DNA from: Bacteroidota bacterium
Lineage (GTDB): Bacteria; Bacteroidota; Bacteroidia; Chitinophagales; Chitinophagaceae
Direction: 5' to 3'
NCBI GenBank assembly: GCA_023416995.1
Contig: JAEZGI010000044.1
Location: forward strand, 5,964 to 69,963
Length of the DNA stretch: 64,000 nucleotides
In this document: positions 55,658 to 63,800 of the stretch, one piece after another
How positions within the stretch are numbered: the first letter of the stretch is position 1
Layout of the letters: each line of letters opens with the position of its first letter
Program-made: the position numbers and the translations under genes
The notes under the pieces: model-generated
The model's database searches: none
Told to the model about the DNA's origin: nothing
Seen by the model: only the letters and a program-made list of their open reading frames with translations

Positions 55658-57910
55658 TCAGTTTTTTTTACCGGGGATGGCGAATACCACATAGCCTTTT
55701 TTCATTGCTCCCGGTTTCGCAGCATGATTATAGCTATCAGGTGCAAAGTTTCCGCTTGCATTTACAACGAGGTATTGTTTTCCCTGTAAGGTATACATGG
55801 TCGGTTGTCCCTGAACTTCATTGCTTAGTGTTGTTTCCCAAAGAATCTTTCCATTGTCTGCATCAAAGGCATAAAGCTTGCCGCCTTTGGCCGTCGCAAA
55901 CACAATGCCGGTTGATGTAACTACCATCCCTTTTCTTAACACGCCGGCAGGGGCACCTTTTGATTTGTCACCCTTTACAAATGCTGAATCTTCACCAACG
56001 GGCATTCTCCATTTGATGGTACCATTGTTCAGATCATATGCAAATATCGAAGACCAGGGTGGTGCAGCAAGTCCCATCCATTCCGTACCATAATCGGTTG
56101 TATACCGGTTTTCAGGATGGTCAACACCTTCCGGGTATTCAGACATAGGAGTGGCCTTTGTTTCGTCGGCCTTTATACGCGCACCGTTCGAATCTACTAC
56201 AGGTCCGGAAATTGGTTTGTTGTTGCCCATTCGGCCGGGAAAGTTGAAGCTGCGTGGAATCCCGCCCATAAAACGGAACAAAGCGTTCAGCGTTTGTTCA
56301 TCAACGTGAGTGATACCGGGCATTCTTCCGCGGCCGTTTTGAACAATGTTTTTAAATTCATCATAAAACATGCGCTGACCGATATTCACAAGTGATGGAC
56401 CTACCAATCCCTGCATTTTATCACCATGGCAACTTTGACAGTTCCCATTATAAAATGTAGTAATTTTTTTAAGATCATTGTCAGACAGATCAATTTTCGG
56501 TGGTTCTACCTTGTTTAGCTTGTAGACCGATGCATATTCCTGGGCCAGGATATACATTATTCCTTTACCGGGGTCAGATGCTGTATTGCCATAATTAGCT
56601 CCACCCAATGCGCCTGGCATTGCGATTGTTTCATGTTTATCTGAAAGTGGAATGTACAGGCCGGATTTAGCTGATTCGAGTCTTTTGAGCCAGTTTTGTT
56701 TTATGCTGTCAGGAAAAAAAGGATTCAGTGTTTCCTTTGTTACTTCGTGCCTTGTAAAATCGGGCAGGGAGGATATTGGCTGTGTTGGCCAGGCTTTCTC
56801 CCCGGGCATTTCGCTGGCAGGGAAAGGTTTCTCTTCAATCGGAAACAAGGTTTCGCCCGTTTCGCGGTTAAACACAAACACAAAACCATGTTTTGTTGCT
56901 ATAGAAACCGCATCAACCTTTTTTCCTTCATGTTGAACCGTTATAAGTTGCGGAGCGGCTGACAGGTCATAGTCCCAAATATCATGATGCACGGTCTGAT
57001 AATGCCAGATTCGTTTACCGGTGGCAGCTTCAAGCGCCACGAGAGAATTCCCGAAAAGGTTACTTCCTAAACGATCGGCCCCATAATAATCATAGGTTGG
57101 CGAACCAAGCGGCAAAAACACAATACCTCTTTCTTCGTCGACCGACATCTCGCTCCACACATTTACCCCTCCCACATATTTGTAGGCATCTTTTGGCCAG
57201 GTGTCGTAGCCAAATTCACCGGGATGGGGAATGGTGTGAAAGGTCCATTCCAGTTTTCCTGTGATTAAATTATAAGCACGTATATGGCCCGGTGCAGAAA
57301 AAAAACCTTCACCCGGTGCTGACCCGATTATAAGGAGGTCTTTATAGATAACGCCGGGTGTCATGGCCTGCATGCGACGAATGGATGTTGGGTCGCGGTC
57401 AAGTCCTACACGCATATCCACATAGCCACTGTCGCCAAAAGTCTTGATTGACTTTCCCGTGATCGCATCGATCTCCTGGATGGAATTGTTCAATGTGAAC
57501 ACCAGACGTTTATCTTTCCCATCCTGGCTTTGCCAGTAGTTGATACCTCTTCTTGATATACCCGGCAGTTTTGTATGAATCCAGATCTCGTTGCCCGTTT
57601 TAACGTTCAATGCAACGAGCGATGAATTCTTCGCATATACATACATGATAGTATCGACCACGATGGGTTGAAACATGTAAGGAATATTGTCATCAGTTAA
57701 ATACGACCAGGCAATCTCCAGTTGATTGACATTGTCTTTTGTTATTTCAGACGCTTCGAAGAATTTGGATTGATCCGGTCCGCCGCCGTATTGCGACCAG
57801 GTAGTATGTTTAGCAGGAGCCGGGCCAGGGCCGCAGCTTAAATATGATAATAAACCTATTGATACAACAATAATACAAGCGCTTTTAGTCAGCTTTGGTC
57901 TGATAATCAT
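55658..57910 (-). CDS. PQQ-dependent dehydrogenase (beta-propeller quinoprotein) lipoprotein with an internally inserted c-type cytochrome module
   Basis: The ATG at 57910 (MIIRPKLTKSACIIVVSIGLLSYLSCG, lipobox LSC) is preferred over the upstream TTG at 57994. Quinoprotein N-terminus WSQYGGGPDQSKFFEASEITKDNVNQLEIAWSY and repeated propeller W-motifs. Heme motif CQSCH at 56426-56440 with a downstream GRMPG (candidate Met ligand). Propeller-like blades resume after the cytochrome segment (FAYDLNNGTIKW, GGKLYAFDADNGKILW). Confidence 0.8.
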   Translation of the reverse strand: MIIRPKLTKSACIIVVSIGLLSYLSCGPGPAPAKHTTWSQYGGGPDQSKFFEASEITKDNVNQLEIAWSYLTDDNIPYMFQPIVVDTIMYVYAKNSSLVALNVKTGNEIWIHTKLPGISRRGINYWQSQDGKDKRLVFTLNNSIQEIDAITGKSIKTFGDSGYVDMRVGLDRDPTSIRRMQAMTPGVIYKDLLIIGSAPGEGFFSAPGHIRAYNLITGKLEWTFHTIPHPGEFGYDTWPKDAYKYVGGVNVWSEMSVDEERGIVFLPLGSPTYDYYGADRLGSNLFGNSLVALEAATGKRIWHYQTVHHDIWDYDLSAAPQLITVQHEGKKVDAVSIATKHGFVFVFNRETGETLFPIEEKPFPASEMPGEKAWPTQPISSLPDFTRHEVTKETLNPFFPDSIKQNWLKRLESAKSGLYIPLSDKHETIAMPGALGGANYGNTASDPGKGIMYILAQEYASVYKLNKVEPPKIDLSDNDLKKITTFYNGNCQSCHGDKMQGLVGPSLVNIGQRMFYDEFKNIVQNGRGRMPGITHVDEQTLNALFRFMGGIPRSFNFPGRMGNNKPISGPVVDSNGARIKADETKATPMSEYPEGVDHPENRYTTDYGTEWMGLAAPPWSSIFAYDLNNGTIKWRMPVGEDSAFVKGDKSKGAPAGVLRKGMVVTSTGIVFATAKGGKLYAFDADNGKILWETTLSNEVQGQPTMYTLQGKQYLVVNASGNFAPDSYNHAAKPGAMKKGYVVFAIPGKKN

Positions 57911-58344
57911 TTGGCAAGTCGAAGTTTTAGTTTTGCAGCACGTGATCAGGGTAGATCGCGGTGCATATCCTCTAAAACTGTATAAAAATGACAAACGAAA
58001 TAAGTGTCATTAATACAGTTTTAATAAACTTCAAATTAACTACAAATTGCGATACGCATGTACATAAAACACCGCCGTTGAATCTTATCGCGTTAGTTGC
58101 GGCACTAGTTGCCAAGGAACACAAACTGGTTTAAATTAATAGCCGCCTGTCTTGAGTTGACAGCCGTTTGATTCACATTTCCATTAAGCGCTACAGTATG
58201 TGTATGATCCGCGCGAGTGGACCTCAATGCCAAATTAAAGGATGTAGACCCGAGAAATTCGATTCGTGGAACTGAAATGTTTGTATATTGGTAATACAAA
58301 ACTAACATGCAGTAAAGGTTATTGGCCTTATTTTGCGCCATGAA

Positions 58345-58875
58345 ATGAATAATATGCCAAGGGAAGACATATTGAGGCTTAAGGAAGGGGACCATAAGGT
58401 GTTTGAAGGAATTTATGAAAATTGGAGTCCCAGGGTGTACTATTATTTTCTGAAAAAAACAGGTAATAACGAGTCTTCAAAAGAACTTACACAACAGGTT
58501 TTTATCAAACTCTGGCACTACAGAACCCTGTTATCGCAGGAATTCACCCTTGATCAGCAACTGTTTCAGAAGGCCAGGTTGATTTATATCGATTGGCTGC
58601 GACTTCAGGCAACACAACGAAAACATTTTGCCAGCGATCACCAGGGCGAACCGGATGCGGCTATGGATACGATAGCATCCGATCTCGAAATAAAACTACA
58701 TATTGAATATTCTATCAATCAGCTTCCTCCAAAAAGAAGAAAGGTCTTTGAATTGAAACATATCCATGGATATTCTTATAAAGAAATTGCTGAACATCTT
58801 GGCATTACAGTTAAAACTGTGGATAATCATCTCTTAAAAGCCACCTCCCAGCTTAAAAAAGTTTTCAATCTATAA
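58345..58875 (+). CDS. ECF-type RNA polymerase sigma-70 family factor
   Basis: Region 2 (FEGIYENWSPRVYYYFLKK...QQVFIKLWHYR) and region 4 HTH (PKRRKVFELKHIHGYSYKEIAEHLGITVKTVDNHL). The start is ambiguous: TTG 58333, ATG 58345 or ATG 58354. Confidence 0.85.
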   Translation: MNNMPREDILRLKEGDHKVFEGIYENWSPRVYYYFLKKTGNNESSKELTQQVFIKLWHYRTLLSQEFTLDQQLFQKARLIYIDWLRLQATQRKHFASDHQGEPDAAMDTIASDLEIKLHIEYSINQLPPKRRKVFELKHIHGYSYKEIAEHLGITVKTVDNHLLKATSQLKKVFNL

Positions 58876-58983
58876 CGCGGCGTCTGCATCTTCTTTTTTT
58901 CCGCACCTTGCTTCTGCAAAAAAATTATTTCCTCCTGATAGGGGATTTATCAATTTCAGCCGTACTGCTGTTTACCGGAGCAT

Positions 58984-60429
58984 ATGACCAAAGCTGAACT
59001 GATAAAAAAATTTCTTGAGAACCGCTGCACGGCAGAGGAAGCGAAAATTGCCATGCAATATCTCGTAGAGGAACCGGATATTCTTGACGAAACATTATCC
59101 AGTACCGAATGGGATGAAATTGATCCTTCACTCATCATTCCGCCCGACATGGAACCGGCTATGCGGAGCGCCGTTTTTGCGAAAACCAGGCCCACGGTTA
59201 TTACAATGGCGAAAACAGCGTTAAGGGTAGCAGCGGTCGTTATGGGCATTGCGGTTGGATTACTCGCCTGGTATCAATCCACGAAACAGGCATCTGTGGC
59301 ATCGCAACTCGTCGAAACTGAAAACCTCCCGAAAACCACAACAGTCACCAATAATACAAATACCAACAAAGAGCTGCTGCTTCCCGATAACTCCGTGGTC
59401 AGTCTATACCCCGGCGCAACGCTCGAATACAATTTACCTTTCGTGGCCAGGGATATTCAATTAAAAGGGAAAGCGATTTTTACAGTCACCAAAAACACCA
59501 GTAGCCGTTTTGTAGTGTATTCAGGTACCGTTAGCACAACAGCTCTTGGAACACGTTTCCTGGTTGATCTCAGCGATGATGATAAGAAGGTGAACGTCAA
59601 ACTTTTTGAAGGCAAGGTAGTTGTACAACAAAACGAATCGACCTTGTCGTCGGCTAGAACCTATCTTGAAGCGGGTCAGCAGTGTTTTGTAGATGTTGAC
59701 AAGATGATCGTGAAAGTCGAGTCGCTGTTTTCGTCCCGACCAATCGCTAAGAAACAAGGCTCCCGTAACTCGCGGGCAAGTAATACGAGACCAGGTGAAC
59801 AAGTCGCCGGCCGTTTACAATTCGTAAAGACTCCTTTAGACGAGGTTTTGGCAAACCTGCAGGCTGTATACAATCAACCCATTCATTTTAATAAGGCAGA
59901 TATTGAAGGACGGCATTTCACCGGCTCGTTCACAAGTAATGATTCTTTGTCAGTGATACTTAAAATGATCTCGGTGATGAATGAGATGCAGGTAGCTGAC
60001 AACGATGGTGTCATCATGGTAACCAAAGCCGGACCAACATATCTGCAGTTGCCGGATGATGCGTCTTTCCCTGATCCTTCGTCTGCAAAAAAGCTCGCCC
60101 TCGCTGAAAACATGCAACTCGACGGGATCGCGCCACCATCACACGAAGTCAAGGCGAAGGAACCACTAACTGCGGTAACACCAATGATCGTCAGCGATGA
60201 AAATGTAACCATGTATACCCGTGTTCCATTAATTCATTTACTGGCGCGTTTACAAACACAGACAAAACGGAAAATTCTTTTCAACCAGGAAGAATTAGCA
60301 AAGATAAATTTCACCGGGGCTATCCCTTTTGATGATGGCGTTCGAAATATACTGGCAATGATATGCCGTATAAATGGTCTGACACTAACAGTTAAGAACC
60401 GATCATATATTATCAGTAAGAGTCAATAA
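58984..60429 (+). CDS. FecR-family anti-sigma factor with a duplicated C-terminal DUF4974/STN-like domain
   Basis: 481 aa. Anti-sigma N-terminus, TM (AKTALRVAAVVMGIAVGLLAWY), FecR domain (LPDNSVVSLYPGATLEY..KGKAIFTV..GTVSTTALGTRFLV). Then two similar ~70 aa modules, at 59815-60027 (LQFVKTPLDEVLANLQAVYNQPIHFNK..FTGSF) and 60205-60417 (MYTRVPLIHLLARLQTQTKRKILFNQ..FTGAI). Confidence 0.85.
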   Translation: MTKAELIKKFLENRCTAEEAKIAMQYLVEEPDILDETLSSTEWDEIDPSLIIPPDMEPAMRSAVFAKTRPTVITMAKTALRVAAVVMGIAVGLLAWYQSTKQASVASQLVETENLPKTTTVTNNTNTNKELLLPDNSVVSLYPGATLEYNLPFVARDIQLKGKAIFTVTKNTSSRFVVYSGTVSTTALGTRFLVDLSDDDKKVNVKLFEGKVVVQQNESTLSSARTYLEAGQQCFVDVDKMIVKVESLFSSRPIAKKQGSRNSRASNTRPGEQVAGRLQFVKTPLDEVLANLQAVYNQPIHFNKADIEGRHFTGSFTSNDSLSVILKMISVMNEMQVADNDGVIMVTKAGPTYLQLPDDASFPDPSSAKKLALAENMQLDGIAPPSHEVKAKEPLTAVTPMIVSDENVTMYTRVPLIHLLARLQTQTKRKILFNQEELAKINFTGAIPFDDGVRNILAMICRINGLTLTVKNRSYIISKSQ

Positions 60430-60469
60430 CATTTACAAAAGATTATTACCAGAACGCTCTGTTTCAAAA

Positions 60470-60488
60470 CGGCAACACCAGGTTGCCG
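60470..60488 (+). promoter_or_regulatory. Stem-loop in the FecR-SusC junction
   Basis: Perfect 7 bp stem cggcaac / gttgccg with loop accag. It ends 30 nt before the SusC ATG at 60519, the same geometry as hairpin B at 17245-17264. Confidence 0.45.
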
Positions 60489-60518
60489 GAATCAGCATAC
60501 AATTTTAAACTATCAGGA

Positions 60519-63500
60519 ATGAGAATTATCTACTCTTTAAGCACCATGTTGCTTATCTTATTTTCGATCGGAGCAGTAGCTCAAACCGCCACCATTGTTA
60601 CAGGTACTGTGCTCGATGAAGGCTCGGTACCGGTGGAGGGAGTAACGGTAACTGCGATAAGTATTAGTGACTCAACCCAGAGAACCAGTACTTCAACCAA
60701 TAAGGATGGGGTATTTCGTTTTTCAGGTTTAACCGGCAACAAGACTTACAATCTCCGGTTCTCTCACGTTGGTTACGCAGACCATTCGATCAACGCTTTT
60801 GCCATTAAAACCGGTGAGAATAATTCAATTCTGGTCCGCATCCAGACTGCTGCAAGTGCCGCACTCGAGGATGTGGTTGTAGTTGGTTACGGTACCCAGG
60901 AAAAAGTGAATTTAACCGGTGCTGTCAACCAGGTATCCGGTGAAGATTTCCGCGACAGACCCGTAACGAACATCTCAGGTATGTTACAGGGTGCGATTCC
61001 AAACCTTAACATCCGGATGGGTGGCGGTGTGCCGGGCCAGATGGGAAGTCTGAACGTTCGCGGTGTGACCTCTATCAGTGGTGACAATGCCCAAAACGGT
61101 GCTCCATTGGTATTGATTGATGGGATTCCGGGTACACTTGATCGTCTTTCGCCTGAAGAAGTAGAGTCGATCACTGTATTAAAAGATGCGGCTTCTGCTG
61201 CAGTATACGGAGCCAGGGGCGCCTTTGGTGTTGTATTGGTAACCACTAAAAATGGCAAATCTGGTAAGTCTTCTATTCGTTATAATAATTCGTTTGGTTT
61301 TGCTACCCCTACGGTAAGCACCGACTTCCTAACCAACGGATATGATTGGATGCGTATTCACGACAAGGCCCTTGCCCATGTAGGCGGTTATTCAGGGTAT
61401 ACAGAAGCTGACTATGCTGAATTACTTGCACGTAAAAATGATGTAACCGAAGATCCCAGCAGACCCTGGGTAACCATTCAGAACAGGAACGGTAAGGACC
61501 AGTATGTTTATTATGGTAATTATGACTGGTGGGATATCATGTTTACCAAATGGCAGGGTATCACGAACCATAACCTTAATGTAAGTGGTGGTAACGACAA
61601 GATTACCTATATGATTAACGGTAACATGAAAAACATGGATGGTATTATGCGGGTGCAACCTGATAAATACAAATCCAACACCATTCGTTCAAAGATCACC
61701 GCGCAACTGAACCCATGGATCAAAATTTCAAACAATACCAATTTCTACAATTCAACTTATGATTATTACGGAAGACAGGGTGGTGGTAACGCAAACTTTG
61801 TACATATTAACGTGCATGGCTCACCCGCTTATGCACCAATCAACCCCGATGGTACTGCTTCCTACAGAACAGGGTTAAACAATTATGATATCGGAGATGG
61901 TATTTTCGCCATGTTGCTTGATGGTAAAACGAAGGGTGCTGAAAGAAAATATGAACTGACTACCATCAACCAGGTTGTAGTTACACCTTTCAAAGATTTC
62001 AATATCACCGGTAATTACAGTTATAGTCTTTATACAGATCCAAGTTTTTACCGGCAGGTGCCGGCCAAATATTCTCTTACGCCTGGCGTAATTGAAACCA
62101 CACCGAAGTACAGTATTGATCAGCTTTCTGAAGATCAGCAGTTCAACCAGGTGCATGTGATCAACATCTTTGGTGAGTATTCCAAAAAGATCAACAAGGT
62201 GCACAACTTTAAGATCATGGCTGGTTTCAACCAGGAGCAGCACAAAGCCAAAAAGATAACTGCTAATCGCATGGACCTGTCGTCAGAGATTCTAAATGAT
62301 CTTAACCTTGGTACCGGTGAACAAACTGTTTTCGGAGGATCAAGCGCATACGCGGTTCAGGGATATTTTTATCGGTTCAATTATAACTACCGGAGCAAAT
62401 ATCTTTTTGAAACGAATGGTCGTTACGATGGTTCATCGCGTTTCCCGGCCGGACAACGATTTGGATTTTTTCCATCTGCATCTGTGGGCTGGCGGGTTAG
62501 TGAAGAAGGATTTTTCAATCCAATTAAACATATCGTAAGCGATTTCAAACTTCGCGGTTCCGTGGGTCAGTTGGGTAACCAGGCTGTAAGCAGTCCTTAT
62601 CCTTATATCTCCACTATGAACCCGGGAACCATGGCTTATATCCTTGACGGGGAAAGGGCAAGATATTATGGATCACCTGCACCGGTTTCCGGGAATCTTA
62701 CCTGGGAACGTGTAACGTCTTACAACGTAGGTGTTGATGTTGGGTTGTTCAGAAATCGTTTGACAATATCATATGATCAATACATCAGGAACACAGAGGG
62801 GATGCTTAGTAATGGTGTGAAAATTCCAAACGTATTTGGTGCCAGCCAACCGCTTGAAAACATCGCTGATCTTCGCACTAAAGGTTTTGAATTAACTGTG
62901 AACTGGAGAAATATGGTGATGGTAGCGGGCAAACCATTGAGATATAACGCAGGATTTAATCTCAGTGATAACCGTTCACACATCACTAAAATCAATAACC
63001 CTACAAAACTCACTTACTCATTGTATGAAGGAAAGGAAATTGGTGAGATCTGGGGCTATATCACTGATGGATATTTCAAAACTGATGCAGAAGCAAGAAC
63101 TTATCCCGTGAATCAAACATGGCTCAACAAAGGCCGCATTGATAACAACATCCAGATAGGTGCCGGCGACTTACGTTGGGTTGATCTTAACGGTGATAAT
63201 ATAATCAGTGCCGGGGCGAATACCATCAATGATCCGGGTGATCAACGCGTGATCGGAAATACAACTCCGCGATATCAATACGGTTTCAATGGAGGAGTGA
63301 ATTACAGAAACTTCGATCTGTCTTTCTTCTTCCAGGGTTTAGGGAAGATGAATTGGTATCCCGGGAACAATGCTGATCGTTTCTGGGGCCCATACTCAAG
63401 ACCTTATTTCACTTTCATACCCAAAGACTTCGAGAGCCAGATATGGTCGCCTGAAAATCCGAACGCATATTTTCCGACCCTTATGGCTTACGTAGCGCTT

Positions 63501-63779
63501 AATGCTAACAACGAACTAAGGGCCACCAATAATAAGTACCTGCAGGATCTCGCATATCTGAGATTGAAAAATGTGACACTGGGTTATACACTGCCTCAGA
63601 ATTTCACCAAACGGTTTAAGATTAATGCTTTCAGGATGTTCGCAAGCGCGGAGAATGTGTTCACCTGGACAAAGCTGAAAACCGATTACATCGATCCGGA
63701 ACAGGCCATGGCAGATGCAAATGGACGTGTGTATCCATTCAGCAAAACATTCTCCTTTGGCTTCGATGTAACCTTCTAA
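60519..63779 (+). CDS. SusC/RagA-family TonB-linked transporter lacking an STN domain despite the adjacent ECF/FecR pair
   Basis: The ATG at 60519 (MRIIYSLSTMLLILFSIGAVAQ) is preferred over the TTG at 60483. The signal peptide is followed directly by CarboxypepD_reg (GTVLDEGSVPVEGVTVTAISISDS..NKDGVFRF) and plug (DVVVVGYGTQEKVNLTGAVNQV; VESITVLKDAASAAVYGARGAFGVVLVTTKNG). C-terminal GFDVTF. Confidence 0.9.
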   Translation: MRIIYSLSTMLLILFSIGAVAQTATIVTGTVLDEGSVPVEGVTVTAISISDSTQRTSTSTNKDGVFRFSGLTGNKTYNLRFSHVGYADHSINAFAIKTGENNSILVRIQTAASAALEDVVVVGYGTQEKVNLTGAVNQVSGEDFRDRPVTNISGMLQGAIPNLNIRMGGGVPGQMGSLNVRGVTSISGDNAQNGAPLVLIDGIPGTLDRLSPEEVESITVLKDAASAAVYGARGAFGVVLVTTKNGKSGKSSIRYNNSFGFATPTVSTDFLTNGYDWMRIHDKALAHVGGYSGYTEADYAELLARKNDVTEDPSRPWVTIQNRNGKDQYVYYGNYDWWDIMFTKWQGITNHNLNVSGGNDKITYMINGNMKNMDGIMRVQPDKYKSNTIRSKITAQLNPWIKISNNTNFYNSTYDYYGRQGGGNANFVHINVHGSPAYAPINPDGTASYRTGLNNYDIGDGIFAMLLDGKTKGAERKYELTTINQVVVTPFKDFNITGNYSYSLYTDPSFYRQVPAKYSLTPGVIETTPKYSIDQLSEDQQFNQVHVINIFGEYSKKINKVHNFKIMAGFNQEQHKAKKITANRMDLSSEILNDLNLGTGEQTVFGGSSAYAVQGYFYRFNYNYRSKYLFETNGRYDGSSRFPAGQRFGFFPSASVGWRVSEEGFFNPIKHIVSDFKLRGSVGQLGNQAVSSPYPYISTMNPGTMAYILDGERARYYGSPAPVSGNLTWERVTSYNVGVDVGLFRNRLTISYDQYIRNTEGMLSNGVKIPNVFGASQPLENIADLRTKGFELTVNWRNMVMVAGKPLRYNAGFNLSDNRSHITKINNPTKLTYSLYEGKEIGEIWGYITDGYFKTDAEARTYPVNQTWLNKGRIDNNIQIGAGDLRWVDLNGDNIISAGANTINDPGDQRVIGNTTPRYQYGFNGGVNYRNFDLSFFFQGLGKMNWYPGNNADRFWGPYSRPYFTFIPKDFESQIWSPENPNAYFPTLMAYVALNANNELRATNNKYLQDLAYLRLKNVTLGYTLPQNFTKRFKINAFRMFASAENVFTWTKLKTDYIDPEQAMADANGRVYPFSKTFSFGFDVTF

Positions 63780-63800
63780 TTCACGCGAAAACTTACTTAG

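Noticed and set aside
58105-58395. A 96 aa minus-strand ORF in the 430 nt gap between the PQQ dehydrogenase and the second ECF sigma gene
   Set aside because: It overlaps the sigma-factor start, has an unremarkable low-complexity translation, and has no motif or signal peptide. It is treated as a non-coding promoter region.
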